Shown here in pieces: positions 16,935-26,068 of a stretch of 64,000 nucleotides of DNA. Made by a program: the position numbers and the translations under genes. The number at the start of each line of letters is the position of its first letter. Position 1 is the first letter of the stretch. The stretch spans positions 65,990 to 129,989 of the forward strand of contig JACAFF010000040.1 of assembly GCA_013388455.1 (NCBI GenBank). Reading direction: 5' to 3'. Source of the stretch: Nitrospirota bacterium. GTDB taxonomy: Bacteria; Nitrospirota; Thermodesulfovibrionia; Thermodesulfovibrionales; SM23-35. Below the pieces are notes generated by a model. The model saw nothing but the letters and a program-made list of their open reading frames with translations, made no database searches and was not told the origin of the DNA.

Positions 16935-19832
16935 ATGCCGTTAGGCAACGAAAGACAATCTGTTCAAAATCCCCTTATAAAATACACTGCCGAAATCAAC
17001 TGGACTTACATAACACCCGATGATGCTCTGAACTGGAGATGTGGAGAGACAGGGCTTGTCTTCAGAGATACCTTTATTACCCAACTACAAAAGCTCAACG
17101 CTTTCATGACCCAGAGCCTTTCTGAGGAACTGCTAAAGAAAATAGAAACACTCCCGTCAAACATTGAAGGCAACCTTTCAGCATGGGAATACCTCAAGGG
17201 GTTAAAGCAGGTCTTTGTCCCCGATGAAAAGAGAGAAAGAAATGTCAGGTTCATAGATACAGAAAATATATATAACAACACCTTTCATGTCACCGATGAA
17301 TTCAGCTTTACTAATGGCAGGAAGACAATACGGGCAGATATTGTGTTCCTAATCAATGGTATCCCAGTCTTTATTGCAGAAACAAAATCAGCTCATAAGA
17401 TTAATGGCATTGCAGAATCCCTTGACCAGATACGGAGGTACCACAATGAAGTCCCTGAGATTATGGCTATACTGCAGATATATGCCCTTACTCATCTAAT
17501 CCGTTATTACTATGGAGCGACTTGGAACACCATAAGAAAGGGTCTTTTCAACTGGAAGGAAGAACAGGAAGGAGACTTTGAAACTCTCGTAAAATCCTTC
17601 TTTGACAAAGAAAGGATAATCAGAATCCTAAATGACTTTATTCTGTTTACAAGGCAGGATGATGAACTTAAAAAGGTAGTTCTAAGACCTCATCAGATGA
17701 GGGCAGTGCAGAAGATTATTTCACGTGTTGAAGATAAAGCCAAAAAGAGAGGCTTAATATGGCATACGCAGGGGTCAGGGAAAACTTATACCATGATTGT
17801 AGCTGCCAAAGAGATAATCGAAAATCCACTGTTTGATAATCCCACCGTCATCATGCTTATAGACAGAAATGAACTTGAATCACAGTTATTTGGAAACCTT
17901 TCATCTGTTGGTTACACACAGAAAGAATTGGAAGAAATAGAGATACAAAGCAAAAGAGATTTACAGAAAGCCCTTCAGGAGGATAAAAGAGGTCTGATTG
18001 TATCAATGATACATAAGTTTGAGGGGATGCCAGAGAATATTAATACGAGAGATAATATTTTTGTCCTTGTTGATGAAGCCCATAGAACTACTGGAGGAAA
18101 ATTAGGTAATTACCTGATGGGAGCTTTGCCCAATGCTACCTATATCGGATTTACAGGAACACCAATTGATAAGACATCATATGGTAAAGGCACATTCATA
18201 ACATTTGGCATAGATGATCCACCAAAGGGCTACCTTGATAAATATGGTATAGCTGAATCAATAGAGGACAACACCACCGTTCCCCTTCACTATACCCTTG
18301 CACCTAACGAGCTTCAGGTGGATAAGGAAGTCCTCAACAGGGAATTCCTCGAGCTTGCCGATGCAGAGGGAATAAGTGACATTGAGGAATTGAATAAAGT
18401 CCTCGAAAGGGCTGTTAATCTGAAAAACATGCTCAAGAAAGAAGAACGCATGGAGAAGATAGCCAAATACGTTTCAGACCATTTCAAAGAATATGTAGAG
18501 CCAATGGGATATAAGGCTTTTCTTGTTGCTGTGGATAGAGAAGCCTGCACTATATATAAACGTATGCTCGATAAACATCTCCCAGTTGAATACTCAAAAG
18601 TTATAATCAGTCCAGGTTTTAATGACCCTGTTGAATTATCAAGGTTTCATCTAACTGAAGAAGAGGAGAAGAGAATAAGGGTCGCATTTAGAAAACCTGA
18701 TGAACTACCCAAAATACTTATCGTAACGGAGAAACTTTTAACAGGCTTTGATGCTCCAATTCTTTACTGCATGTATCTGGATAAACCTATGCGTGACCAT
18801 GTGCTCTTACAGGCAATAGCACGGGTAAATAGACCCTATGAGGATGGGGAAAGCAGAAAGAAACCTTCTGGATTTATCCTTGACTTTGTAGGAATATTCG
18901 ATAATCTCGAAAAAGCCCTTGCATTTGACTCGTCAGACATTAAAGGAATTGTTCATGACATTGAGATTTTAAAGACAAGGTTTGCCGAACTAATGGAACA
19001 GGCAAAGAGTAATTATCTGCGCCTTATCAAAGATAAATCACAAGATAAAGCAGTTGAGGTAGTTCTCAATCATTTTATGGATGAAGAAACAAGGCATGAG
19101 TTTTATACTTTTTTTAAGGAAATAGCAGATATCTATGAGATACTATCTCCTGATGCCTTTTTGAGACCTTACATAAATGATTATGAAACATTAACGAGGT
19201 TCTACAGAATATTGAAAGAGGCATATGATCCAGGTATTTCTATCGACAGGGACTTCTTAAGGAAAACAGTAAAGCTCGTTCAGGAACATACTGAGAGTGG
19301 AGCAATAAAACCAGCCCTTGAGATCTATGAGATTAATGAGGAAACCTTAAAGAAGATTGAAGAAAGCAAGGCATCAGATACAGAGAAAATATTTAATCTT
19401 ATAAAAAGTATCACAAAGACTATCCAAGAGAATGTTGATACTTCACCATATCTTATATCTATTGGTGAAAGGGCGGAAGAAATTGCAAGGCTTTTCAAAG
19501 AGAGACAGCTCACAACGCAGAAAACTCTGGAAGAACTTAAAAAGATTATAGAGGAGATTAATTCAGCAAAAAAAGAACAAATAGATAAGAATATGCCTGT
19601 TGAGGTCTTTGCTACTATGTGGCTGTTCAAAAAAGAGGGTGTCGTCAATGCTGAAGAAAATGCGATACAGATGAAAAAGGCTTTTGAGCAATACCCTCAT
19701 TGGAAAACAAGCGAGGCTCATCAGAGAGAGATTACTAAACAGTTTTATAAAATCTTGGTCAAAGCAGGTATAAAGAATTGCGTTGATATTGTTAAAAAGG
19801 TAATGCGGATATTGACAGGGAGGACAAGATGA
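16935..19832 (+). CDS. hsdR: Type I restriction enzyme R subunit (helicase-nuclease)
   Basis: 965 aa. N-terminal nuclease region (ADIVFLINGIPVFIAETK), Walker A HTQGSGKT, DEAH box VDEAHRT, helicase C motifs (TGFDAP, QAIARVNR). Confidence 0.9.
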   Translation: MPLGNERQSVQNPLIKYTAEINWTYITPDDALNWRCGETGLVFRDTFITQLQKLNAFMTQSLSEELLKKIETLPSNIEGNLSAWEYLKGLKQVFVPDEKRERNVRFIDTENIYNNTFHVTDEFSFTNGRKTIRADIVFLINGIPVFIAETKSAHKINGIAESLDQIRRYHNEVPEIMAILQIYALTHLIRYYYGATWNTIRKGLFNWKEEQEGDFETLVKSFFDKERIIRILNDFILFTRQDDELKKVVLRPHQMRAVQKIISRVEDKAKKRGLIWHTQGSGKTYTMIVAAKEIIENPLFDNPTVIMLIDRNELESQLFGNLSSVGYTQKELEEIEIQSKRDLQKALQEDKRGLIVSMIHKFEGMPENINTRDNIFVLVDEAHRTTGGKLGNYLMGALPNATYIGFTGTPIDKTSYGKGTFITFGIDDPPKGYLDKYGIAESIEDNTTVPLHYTLAPNELQVDKEVLNREFLELADAEGISDIEELNKVLERAVNLKNMLKKEERMEKIAKYVSDHFKEYVEPMGYKAFLVAVDREACTIYKRMLDKHLPVEYSKVIISPGFNDPVELSRFHLTEEEEKRIRVAFRKPDELPKILIVTEKLLTGFDAPILYCMYLDKPMRDHVLLQAIARVNRPYEDGESRKKPSGFILDFVGIFDNLEKALAFDSSDIKGIVHDIEILKTRFAELMEQAKSNYLRLIKDKSQDKAVEVVLNHFMDEETRHEFYTFFKEIADIYEILSPDAFLRPYINDYETLTRFYRILKEAYDPGISIDRDFLRKTVKLVQEHTESGAIKPALEIYEINEETLKKIEESKASDTEKIFNLIKSITKTIQENVDTSPYLISIGERAEEIARLFKERQLTTQKTLEELKKIIEEINSAKKEQIDKNMPVEVFATMWLFKKEGVVNAEENAIQMKKAFEQYPHWKTSEAHQREITKQFYKILVKAGIKNCVDIVKKVMRILTGRTR

Positions 19833-20089
19833 TTACCCCTAATGAATTGAAACAGGAAGTTCTGCAATGGTCTCAACGTATAGGGGTTAAGCCTGTTGAG
19901 ATACATATTCGTAAAATGAAAAACAAATGGGCAAGTTGCTCAATCAGGGGAAGAATTACCTTGAACTCCGATATTCTGAAGCTGACAAAAAAACGCCTCG
20001 ATGAAGTCATAGTCCATGAGCTCCTTCATCTAAAATATCCAAATCACGGGAAGATGTTTAAGGCATTGATAAGGAGTTATCTGAAGTGA
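19829..20089 (+). CDS. Short YgjP/DUF45-like (M48-type) zinc metallopeptidase
   Basis: WASCS..GRITLNSDIL....LDEVIVHELLHLKYPNHGKMF carries the HExxH motif. ATGA overlap with the hsdR stop. At 86 aa it lacks the N-terminal half of full-length YgjP. Confidence 0.65.
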   Translation: MITPNELKQEVLQWSQRIGVKPVEIHIRKMKNKWASCSIRGRITLNSDILKLTKKRLDEVIVHELLHLKYPNHGKMFKALIRSYLK

Positions 20090-20234
20090 TTGTTTAATCC
20101 AATAGCAATGGATGTCATTGTGACCGGATCAGTTAACATTATCTTTTATCTTCTCTTATACAAACCTATAATCTGAGTTTGTTCAATGATATGACCTTTC
20201 ATTGCCTTCTCAAGGTCAGAAGTACCCGCTTCGG

Positions 20235-20503
20235 CTAACCAACCAATTTGTCAAACTCCTCAACAGTTATCGCAGGGAATGTTGTGAAGGAAATGCCAGT
20301 GGATTTAGTAAGGTCAACTGATACCTTCATTACTTCGGAAATCCCTGGAAAATCAACTATAAAAGCTAAGTCATAAATTCCTATTAGGGAATACATCGAG
20401 TTTACCTTTCCTCCGTTTTTCTCAATGAGACTGACTACCTTTTTTGTTCGTGTTGGAGTAATCCCCTATCTTGTTCATTTCTCCCAAAGAGGACGGAAGA
20501 CAT
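20235..20503 (-). pseudogene. GYD-domain protein gene with one frameshift
   Basis: The minus strand reads MSSVLFGRNEQDRG / (frame shift, TAG) / ITPTRTKKVVSLIEKNGGKVNSMYSLIGIYDLAFIVDFPGISEVMKVSVDLTKSTGISFTTFPAITVEEFDKLVG*. It matches the GYD family pattern (GGK..s.Y...G.YD). Confidence 0.55.
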
Positions 20504-20577
20504 AATTCCTTTAAAGTTACGATTTAATGACGATGGAAGATGGTCTGCTGAACAATCAATGTAAGTGCTTGTTTATA

Positions 20578-20652
20578 TGGTAGGCGCGAAGGGGATTGAA
20601 CCCTTGGCCTCTTCCGCGTCAAGGAAGCGCTCTCCCACTGAGCTACGCGCCT
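20578..20652 (-). tRNA. tRNA-Val (anticodon GAC), CCA encoded
   Basis: The reverse complement folds as AGGCGCG-TA-GCTC-AGTGGGA-GAGC-G-CTTCC-TTGACGC-GGAAG-AGGCC-AAGGG-TTCAATC-CCCTT-CGCGCCT-A-CCA. Full cloverleaf with T-loop GTTCAATC. Confidence 0.95.
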
Positions 20653-20668
20653 ATTATAGAGTAATTAA

Positions 20669-20697
20669 AATAACATTTTTAGACTCAAGTCTGTCAA
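20669..20697 (-). promoter_or_regulatory. Possible promoter for tRNA-Val
   Basis: On the minus strand: TTGACA (20697-20692), 17-nt spacer, GTTATT (20674-20669). The -10 is weak; motif match only. Confidence 0.25.
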
Positions 20698-20756
20698 CCT
20701 CTAAAATTCCGGAAAAATTTGACTAAATTTTATCAATTTTTTATATTCTATACACC

Positions 20757-21605
20757 ATGGCACAGAGCATGACAGGTTTCGGTAGTGCTTTAAATGAAGA
20801 TTTTCTGGTAGAAATTCGTTCATTAAATCACAGGTTTATTGATATATCTATAAAAATGCCCCCTTCGATGAATGAACATGAAATTATTCTCAGAAATATC
20901 ATTAAAGAACGGTTTAAAAGAGGCAGATTTGATGTCTCTATAACATTCGCTAACAATAAGACTCCAGTTCTCAAAATAAACAAAGAGCTGGCAAAAGAAA
21001 TCTATAATGCCTACAGAGAATTACAGAAAGAATTTTCAATAGGAGGAGAAATCGGTATAGAGATACTCACAAATTACAAAGATATAATTATGGAAGAAAT
21101 ACAAGAATATAAAACAGAAAATCTTTTAACAGCTTTTCAAGAAGCTCTTTCGGATATCGAAACTATGAGAAAACGTGAAGGTGATCTTCTACACGATGAA
21201 ATGAAGAAAAGGGTCAAATTGTTAATGAAAATGAACGATGATGTTAAAAAAATAGCTGATACTGAAGTTGTGAAATGGAAAGATAAATTTACTGATAGAT
21301 TGAAGCTTATAATTGATGAGAGAATGATTGACCATGAAAGGATCATCCAGGAAGCTGCAATAATGGCTGATAAGTTGGATATTTCAGAAGAATTAAACAG
21401 AATTGAAAATCATTTAAAGCAATTTCTTGAGGTAATGAATAATGATAACAGCATTGGGAAAAAACTCGAGTTTATTTTACAGGAAATAAGCAGAGAAGTG
21501 AATACAATAGGTTATAAATCAGGAGATTATGCCATTTCCACTCTTGTTATTGAAATGAAAGCAGAAGTTGAAAAAATCAGAGAACAAGTTCAAAATATTC
21601 AATGA
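20757..21605 (+). CDS. yicC: YicC-family stress-induced protein
   Basis: N-terminal MTGFG and a C-terminal DUF1732-like region (EELNRIENHL..., REVNTIGYKS). Conserved yicC-DUF370-gmk-rpoZ synteny. Confidence 0.85.
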   Translation: MAQSMTGFGSALNEDFLVEIRSLNHRFIDISIKMPPSMNEHEIILRNIIKERFKRGRFDVSITFANNKTPVLKINKELAKEIYNAYRELQKEFSIGGEIGIEILTNYKDIIMEEIQEYKTENLLTAFQEALSDIETMRKREGDLLHDEMKKRVKLLMKMNDDVKKIADTEVVKWKDKFTDRLKLIIDERMIDHERIIQEAAIMADKLDISEELNRIENHLKQFLEVMNNDNSIGKKLEFILQEISREVNTIGYKSGDYAISTLVIEMKAEVEKIREQVQNIQ

Positions 21606-21618
21606 GAGGTAAAAAAAT

Positions 21619-21903
21619 ATGAAAAAGGGCGATCTAAGTCCAGTACTCGTAAATATAGGTTTTGGTAATGTAGTTTCTGCCTCAAAGGTTGTAGCAATTG
21701 TTACACCAGGCTCTGCACCTATGAAAAGACTCCGTGAAGAAGCAAAAAAAAGTGGGAGATTGATCGATGCAACAGAAGGACGGCGGACTCGTTCAATAAT
21801 AATTACAGATAGTAATCATGTGATATTGTCCGCTATTCAGGCAGAGACAATCACACAGAGGTTTTACGAAGGGAGAGAATCTTTTGCAGCAGAAGAAGAG
21901 TAA
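21619..21903 (+). CDS. DUF370 (RemA/YlzA-like) protein
   Basis: [26 protein letters not shown]...[32 protein letters not shown] is the DUF370 signature. Confidence 0.85.
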   Translation: MKKGDLSPVLVNIGFGNVVSASKVVAIVTPGSAPMKRLREEAKKSGRLIDATEGRRTRSIIITDSNHVILSAIQAETITQRFYEGRESFAAEEE

Positions 21904-22516
21904 AGGCAGTCTCTTCATTGTCTCTGCACCCTCTGGAGCAGGCAAAACAACCCTCTGCAAAAAAATTATCTCACGACTACCTAATCTGAAATTTTCTGTT
22001 TCCTATACAACACGCCAACCGCGCCCTGGAGAAATAAATGACAAAGATTACACTTTTATTTCCAGGAAAGAATTCAGAAGTATGATTGAGAGGGATGAAT
22101 TTTTAGAATGGGCTGAGGTTCATGGAGAACTTTATGGAACTTTCAAGAAAAGAATTCAAGATTCACTTTTATCAGGCAATGACGTGATTCTCGATATTGA
22201 TACTCAAGGAGCTATGAAGTTAAAGAAAAAAATTAAAGAAGCTGTTTTCATCTTTATACTACCTCCTTCTCTTGATGTATTGAATGAGCGACTTGAAAAA
22301 AGGATGACTGATTCACCAAAAGCATTAAAGAAACGGCTTGAAAGAGCAATTTATGAAATAAAGACATATTCTAAATATGATTATGTTATAATTAATGATA
22401 TCTTTAAAGATGCAATAAGACAGTTAGAAGCAATAATCATTGCACAAAGAGCGAAAAGTGAAATGATTAATTCTCAGTGGATAAAAGAAAATTTCTTAAA
22501 TCAGGGGGCAAAATAA
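21884..22516 (+). CDS. gmk: Guanylate kinase
   Basis: P-loop [10 protein letters not shown], plus [16 protein letters not shown] and [12 protein letters not shown]. Confidence 0.95.
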   Translation: MQQKKSKGSLFIVSAPSGAGKTTLCKKIISRLPNLKFSVSYTTRQPRPGEINDKDYTFISRKEFRSMIERDEFLEWAEVHGELYGTFKKRIQDSLLSGNDVILDIDTQGAMKLKKKIKEAVFIFILPPSLDVLNERLEKRMTDSPKALKKRLERAIYEIKTYSKYDYVIINDIFKDAIRQLEAIIIAQRAKSEMINSQWIKENFLNQGAK

Positions 22517-22517
22517 A

Positions 22518-22916
22518 ATGGATATAATTTCACTTCCAATAGAATATGACAATAAAAAACTGGATGGAAGGTTTAGGATTATAGCAATAGCATCACAGAG
22601 AGCAAAGGAACTTGCTGTTGGTGCCAAACCAAGAGTCAGAACAAAAGCAAGAAAAATTACTACTATCGCACTTGAAGAAACAATTAATAATACCATTGAA
22701 TTTTTAACTGGCCTCGAAGCAAAAAAGGCAAGAGAAGAGGCAAAGAAATTTGACTACAGAAAACTTCTCGAAGAAAAAAAGAAAGAGATTACGACTGAAG
22801 ATCTTTCAGAATTTGAAAAAGATCTAAAGGTTTATCTCCATGAGAAGGAATCAATGGATAAAAAAGCAATTGAGGGACTCTTCGCTGAAAAACGAGAGGA
22901 AGGTGCTGAAGAATAA
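22518..22916 (+). CDS. rpoZ: DNA-directed RNA polymerase subunit omega (long K/E-rich C-terminal tail)
   Basis: N-terminal FRIIAIASQRAKEL omega motif. Position after gmk. Confidence 0.8.
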   Translation: MDIISLPIEYDNKKLDGRFRIIAIASQRAKELAVGAKPRVRTKARKITTIALEETINNTIEFLTGLEAKKAREEAKKFDYRKLLEEKKKEITTEDLSEFEKDLKVYLHEKESMDKKAIEGLFAEKREEGAEE

Positions 22917-24075
22917 ATCCATACTTCTTGGAGTTACCGGTGGAATTGCTGCATATAAGTCTGTTGATTTAATTAGAAGACTTAAAGAGAAAGGCGCTAA
23001 TGTAACTGTCATAATGACAGAAGCCGCCAAAAAGTTTATAACTCCTTTGACTCTCGAAGTTGTTTCACAGAATAAAGTGTATTCAGAACTTTTCACAGAT
23101 CCCCTTTCCCATGTTTCTCTGTCTGCCAATACAGACGTAATGGTTATTGCACCTGCAACAGCAAATATTATTGGCAAGCTTGCGAGGGGTATCGCAGACG
23201 ATCTATTAAGCACATCTTTTCTTTCATTCAAGGGCAAAATAATTATCGCTCCTTCAATGAACTGGAGGATGTATGAAAATCCAGCAGTTCAGGAAAACCT
23301 GAACATTATTTTATCCCACGGCATTATACAGGTTGGACCTGAAAAAGGTGCCCTTGCTTGTGGAGAAGAAGGCATGGGTAGAATGGCTGATACTTCTGAG
23401 ATTATCGAACATATTGAGGCATCACTTACAGATCAGGATCTATCAGGTAAAAAATTTCTTATTACTGCCGGTCCAACCAGAGAGTACATTGACCCTATAC
23501 GGTTTATCTCAAATAGGTCTTCTGGAAAGATGGGATATGCTCTGGCAAAAGCTGCTTTACAGAGAGGTGCTAAGGTAACATTAATAAGCGGCCCTTCTTC
23601 ATTACCTTATCCAAAAGGGGTTAAATTTATTAATGTTGAAACATCTGAAGAAATGCTAAAAGCTGTCAGGCTGGAGTGCAATTCATCAAGTGTATTTATT
23701 ATGGCAGCAGCTGTATCTGATTTCAAACCTACGGAAACAGCAGGTGAAAAAATAGAAAAATCTCAGGCACTAACTCTGAGACTCATACAGGCACCGGATA
23801 TTATTACCGAGATAGGCAAAAAAAATAAAAGGCCATTTATTATAGGTTTTGCAGCAGAAACAGGGAAAAAAATTTCAAGAGCTCGTGAAAAACTAAAGAG
23901 AAAGAATATGGATATGATTATATTTAATGATGTCACAGAGGCAGGTTCAGGGTTTGAGGTTGATACAAATAAGGTTGTAATTATTGATACAAAAAAAGAG
24001 ATGGAACTACCAATCATGAGCAAAGATTCTGTTGCACATGCAATCTTAGACAGACTGATTGAATTAAGAACTTGA
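22840..24075 (+). CDS. coaBC: Bifunctional phosphopantothenoylcysteine decarboxylase / synthetase
   Basis: ILLGVTGGIAAYK flavoprotein motif, PAMN-like SMNWRM, CoaB half (ITAGPTREYIDPIRFISNRSSGKMG). The true start is probably GTG 22902, just before the rpoZ stop, rather than 22840. Confidence 0.9.
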   Translation: MRRNQWIKKQLRDSSLKNERKVLKNKSILLGVTGGIAAYKSVDLIRRLKEKGANVTVIMTEAAKKFITPLTLEVVSQNKVYSELFTDPLSHVSLSANTDVMVIAPATANIIGKLARGIADDLLSTSFLSFKGKIIIAPSMNWRMYENPAVQENLNIILSHGIIQVGPEKGALACGEEGMGRMADTSEIIEHIEASLTDQDLSGKKFLITAGPTREYIDPIRFISNRSSGKMGYALAKAALQRGAKVTLISGPSSLPYPKGVKFINVETSEEMLKAVRLECNSSSVFIMAAAVSDFKPTETAGEKIEKSQALTLRLIQAPDIITEIGKKNKRPFIIGFAAETGKKISRAREKLKRKNMDMIIFNDVTEAGSGFEVDTNKVVIIDTKKEMELPIMSKDSVAHAILDRLIELRT

Positions 24076-24111
24076 CTTTTTTTTAAATTTCGTTGAAAAT
24101 TTGGGCATAGT

Positions 24112-25242
24112 ATGGCAATTGAAGATATTGAAAGATTAAAAGAAAAAATTGAGAAAGACCCGAATTCAAAGTTATTTGTTCCATTAGCTGAAGAATATAA
24201 GAAAGCCGGTATGCTCGAAGAAGCAATTGATGTACTTACCAAAGGTCTTGAAAGACAACCTAACTATCTGAGTGCTCGTGTTTCTCTTGGAAAGATATAT
24301 ATGGAAAAAGGTATGTTAAATGAATCACGAACTGAATTCGAGAAAGTTATTAATGCAATTCCTGATAATTTATATGCTCATAAGAAACTCGCTGAGATTT
24401 ATACTAATCTTGGTGATAAAGACAAAGCAGAAAGAGAACTTTTCGTAGTTTTAAAACTTAATCCAACAGATGAATGGGCTTTATCATGCCTCTCTGCACT
24501 TAAAGAAAAACCTTCACCACCTCAGGAACAAAGAGGGGAAAAAGTATCGACCACCGAACAAGTGTCAGAATCTCTTGAAATAAAAGAGCCTCCAGATATC
24601 TCCTTCTCCGAAGAAGAGCTTGAATTAGGAGAATTTCGTGCCCAACCAGAGGAAATTCCTGAAAAAGAAGAACCAATAGCAGAAAGTCCTACTATTGAAA
24701 AAGAACATGATGAAGAAACTGATTTATGGGAACTTCCTGATGAAGAAATCACTGAAATAAAAGAAGAAGAGACTGAAGAAAAACCGATTGAAATACCAAT
24801 TAGTGAAACACCTGAAGAGATATCAGAGGTATCAGAAGTATCAGAGTTAGAAGAGCCATCTATCGAAGTTTTTAAAGATGAAGAAAAAGAATTAGAAGTG
24901 AGTGCGGTCGAAATCGAAGATATTCCTGAAGAATCAATATCTTTAGAGGGATTATTAGAGGAATCAGAGATTATAGAAGAAACAGAAGCAAAAACATCGC
25001 CTGAGATTAGCATAAATGATGCTGATCCTTATATCCTTAAAGGGCAATATTCAGAGGCTATGAATATATACAAAAAACTCCTTTCTGATAATCCTGAAAA
25101 TAGACATGTTATGCAAAGGATTGAAGAGTTGAGAACACTTTTAAAGCTGCTTGGTAAAGATAGGGAGGTTTTGATTGAGAAACTCGATGATTTTCTCGAA
25201 GGTATAAAAAAGAGACGCAATGAGTTTTTTAGAAGTTCTTAA
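24112..25242 (+). CDS. TPR-repeat protein with ~160-aa acidic low-complexity linker
   Basis: N-terminal TPRs (AEEYKKAGMLEEAIDVLTKGLERQPNY..., AHKKLAEIYTNLGDKDKA), an E/S/P/I-rich acidic core, and a C-terminal TPR-like helix pair. Confidence 0.7.
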   Translation: MAIEDIERLKEKIEKDPNSKLFVPLAEEYKKAGMLEEAIDVLTKGLERQPNYLSARVSLGKIYMEKGMLNESRTEFEKVINAIPDNLYAHKKLAEIYTNLGDKDKAERELFVVLKLNPTDEWALSCLSALKEKPSPPQEQRGEKVSTTEQVSESLEIKEPPDISFSEEELELGEFRAQPEEIPEKEEPIAESPTIEKEHDEETDLWELPDEEITEIKEEETEEKPIEIPISETPEEISEVSEVSELEEPSIEVFKDEEKELEVSAVEIEDIPEESISLEGLLEESEIIEETEAKTSPEISINDADPYILKGQYSEAMNIYKKLLSDNPENRHVMQRIEELRTLLKLLGKDREVLIEKLDDFLEGIKKRRNEFFRSS

Positions 25243-25576
25243 AGAAACTGTCGACAAAGTTGACGGTGCTGTCTCAGCAATTATTATTGGAACAGATGGC
25301 ATATCTGTTCAGGAATATACGAATGAAAAACTGATAGACCTTACAGACCTTAGTGCCGAGGCTTCACAGATGATAAAGGACATTCATATCGCTTCAGAAA
25401 ACCTTGGCCTTGGTGAAGCGAAGGAATTTTCTATTATATCGGATAGATGCGGAATCATCTTGAGAAAGATTAATGAAAACTATTACCTCGCTCTCGTAAT
25501 TAAACCTGAGGGGAATTACGGCAAAGGGAGATTCATTTTGAAGACCACTATCCCCCGGCTGGAAAGAGAATTCTAA
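25220..25576 (+). CDS. Roadblock/LC7 (MglB-like) domain protein
   Basis: VDGAVSAIIIGTDGISV...  ...EFSIISDRCGIILRKINENYYLALVI is the Roadblock/LC7 pattern. Overlaps the TPR gene by 23 nt. Confidence 0.7.
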   Translation: MSFLEVLKETVDKVDGAVSAIIIGTDGISVQEYTNEKLIDLTDLSAEASQMIKDIHIASENLGLGEAKEFSIISDRCGIILRKINENYYLALVIKPEGNYGKGRFILKTTIPRLEREF

Positions 25577-25627
25577 AAAGTTTCTTCTTCATCAATAAAC
25601 CCAAATAATTTATTCATTGAACATACA

Positions 25628-25667
25628 CCCTTCTTTATTTCCACCCTTGCCAAGGGGGAACGAAGGG
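25628..25667. repeat. GC-rich nested-palindrome (REP-like) element between convergent genes
   Basis: CCCTTC-TTTAT-TTCCACCCTTG-C-CAAGGGGGAA-C-GAAGGG. Outer 6-bp arms; inner 10-bp stem with one bulge. Could also act as a bidirectional terminator. Confidence 0.6.
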
Positions 25668-25711
25668 AGTCTGGCAATGAAGCAGAGTATGCCTTTACTC
25701 CAATACGCTTC

Positions 25712-26068
25712 TTAGTTTATTGGGAATATACCACGGTCAACCTTAAAAACAGATTTTAGCAACTGGAATATTTCCTTTTTATTATCAGGTCGTTTGACCA
25801 TTATTCTGGCATCTTTCATTACAAAGGTAAGATAAAACCCAAAATTGACTTTCTCAATTTCCTGAAATTCTCTTTCAATCGTGCCCCTCTCATCCCGAAA
25901 TACTAAGCGAATCTTACGAACATCAAAATCAAGCGTCACCTCGTTGGCAAAACGCTTTTTAAACATCAGAATCACACCATAGAACGGCAGGACAAAAACA
26001 AGCGCATTGAAGATGGCGTCCACCATTGATAACTTCGCTATAAGAACTTCGAGCAAACTGAATAACAA
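25712..26068 (-). CDS. Hypothetical membrane protein (possible bacterial PH-like domain)
   Basis: TTG start in the ORF track. Hydrophobic N-terminus followed by a soluble ~70 aa. The hydrophobic segment continues upstream of the called start (see findings). Confidence 0.45.
   Translation of the reverse strand: MLFSLLEVLIAKLSMVDAIFNALVFVLPFYGVILMFKKRFANEVTLDFDVRKIRLVFRDERGTIEREFQEIEKVNFGFYLTFVMKDARIMVKRPDNKKEIFQLLKSVFKVDRGIFPIN

Noticed and set aside
22840-22901. Long overlap (77 nt) between rpoZ and coaBC implied by the ORF-track start
   Set aside because: An in-frame GTG at 22902 immediately precedes the conserved N-terminus (VLKNKSILLGVTGG), so the overlap is probably an artefact of choosing the first ATG.
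23763-24242. 159-aa minus-strand ORF spanning the coaBC 3' end
   Set aside because: It is antisense to a strongly supported coaBC and has an S/I/F-rich, AT-driven composition typical of shadow ORFs.
24522-25013. 163-aa Ser-rich antisense ORF inside the TPR/acidic protein gene
   Set aside because: It is the reverse complement of GAA/GAG-rich (Glu) coding sequence. It is low complexity, has no RBS, and is fully embedded in a better-supported gene.
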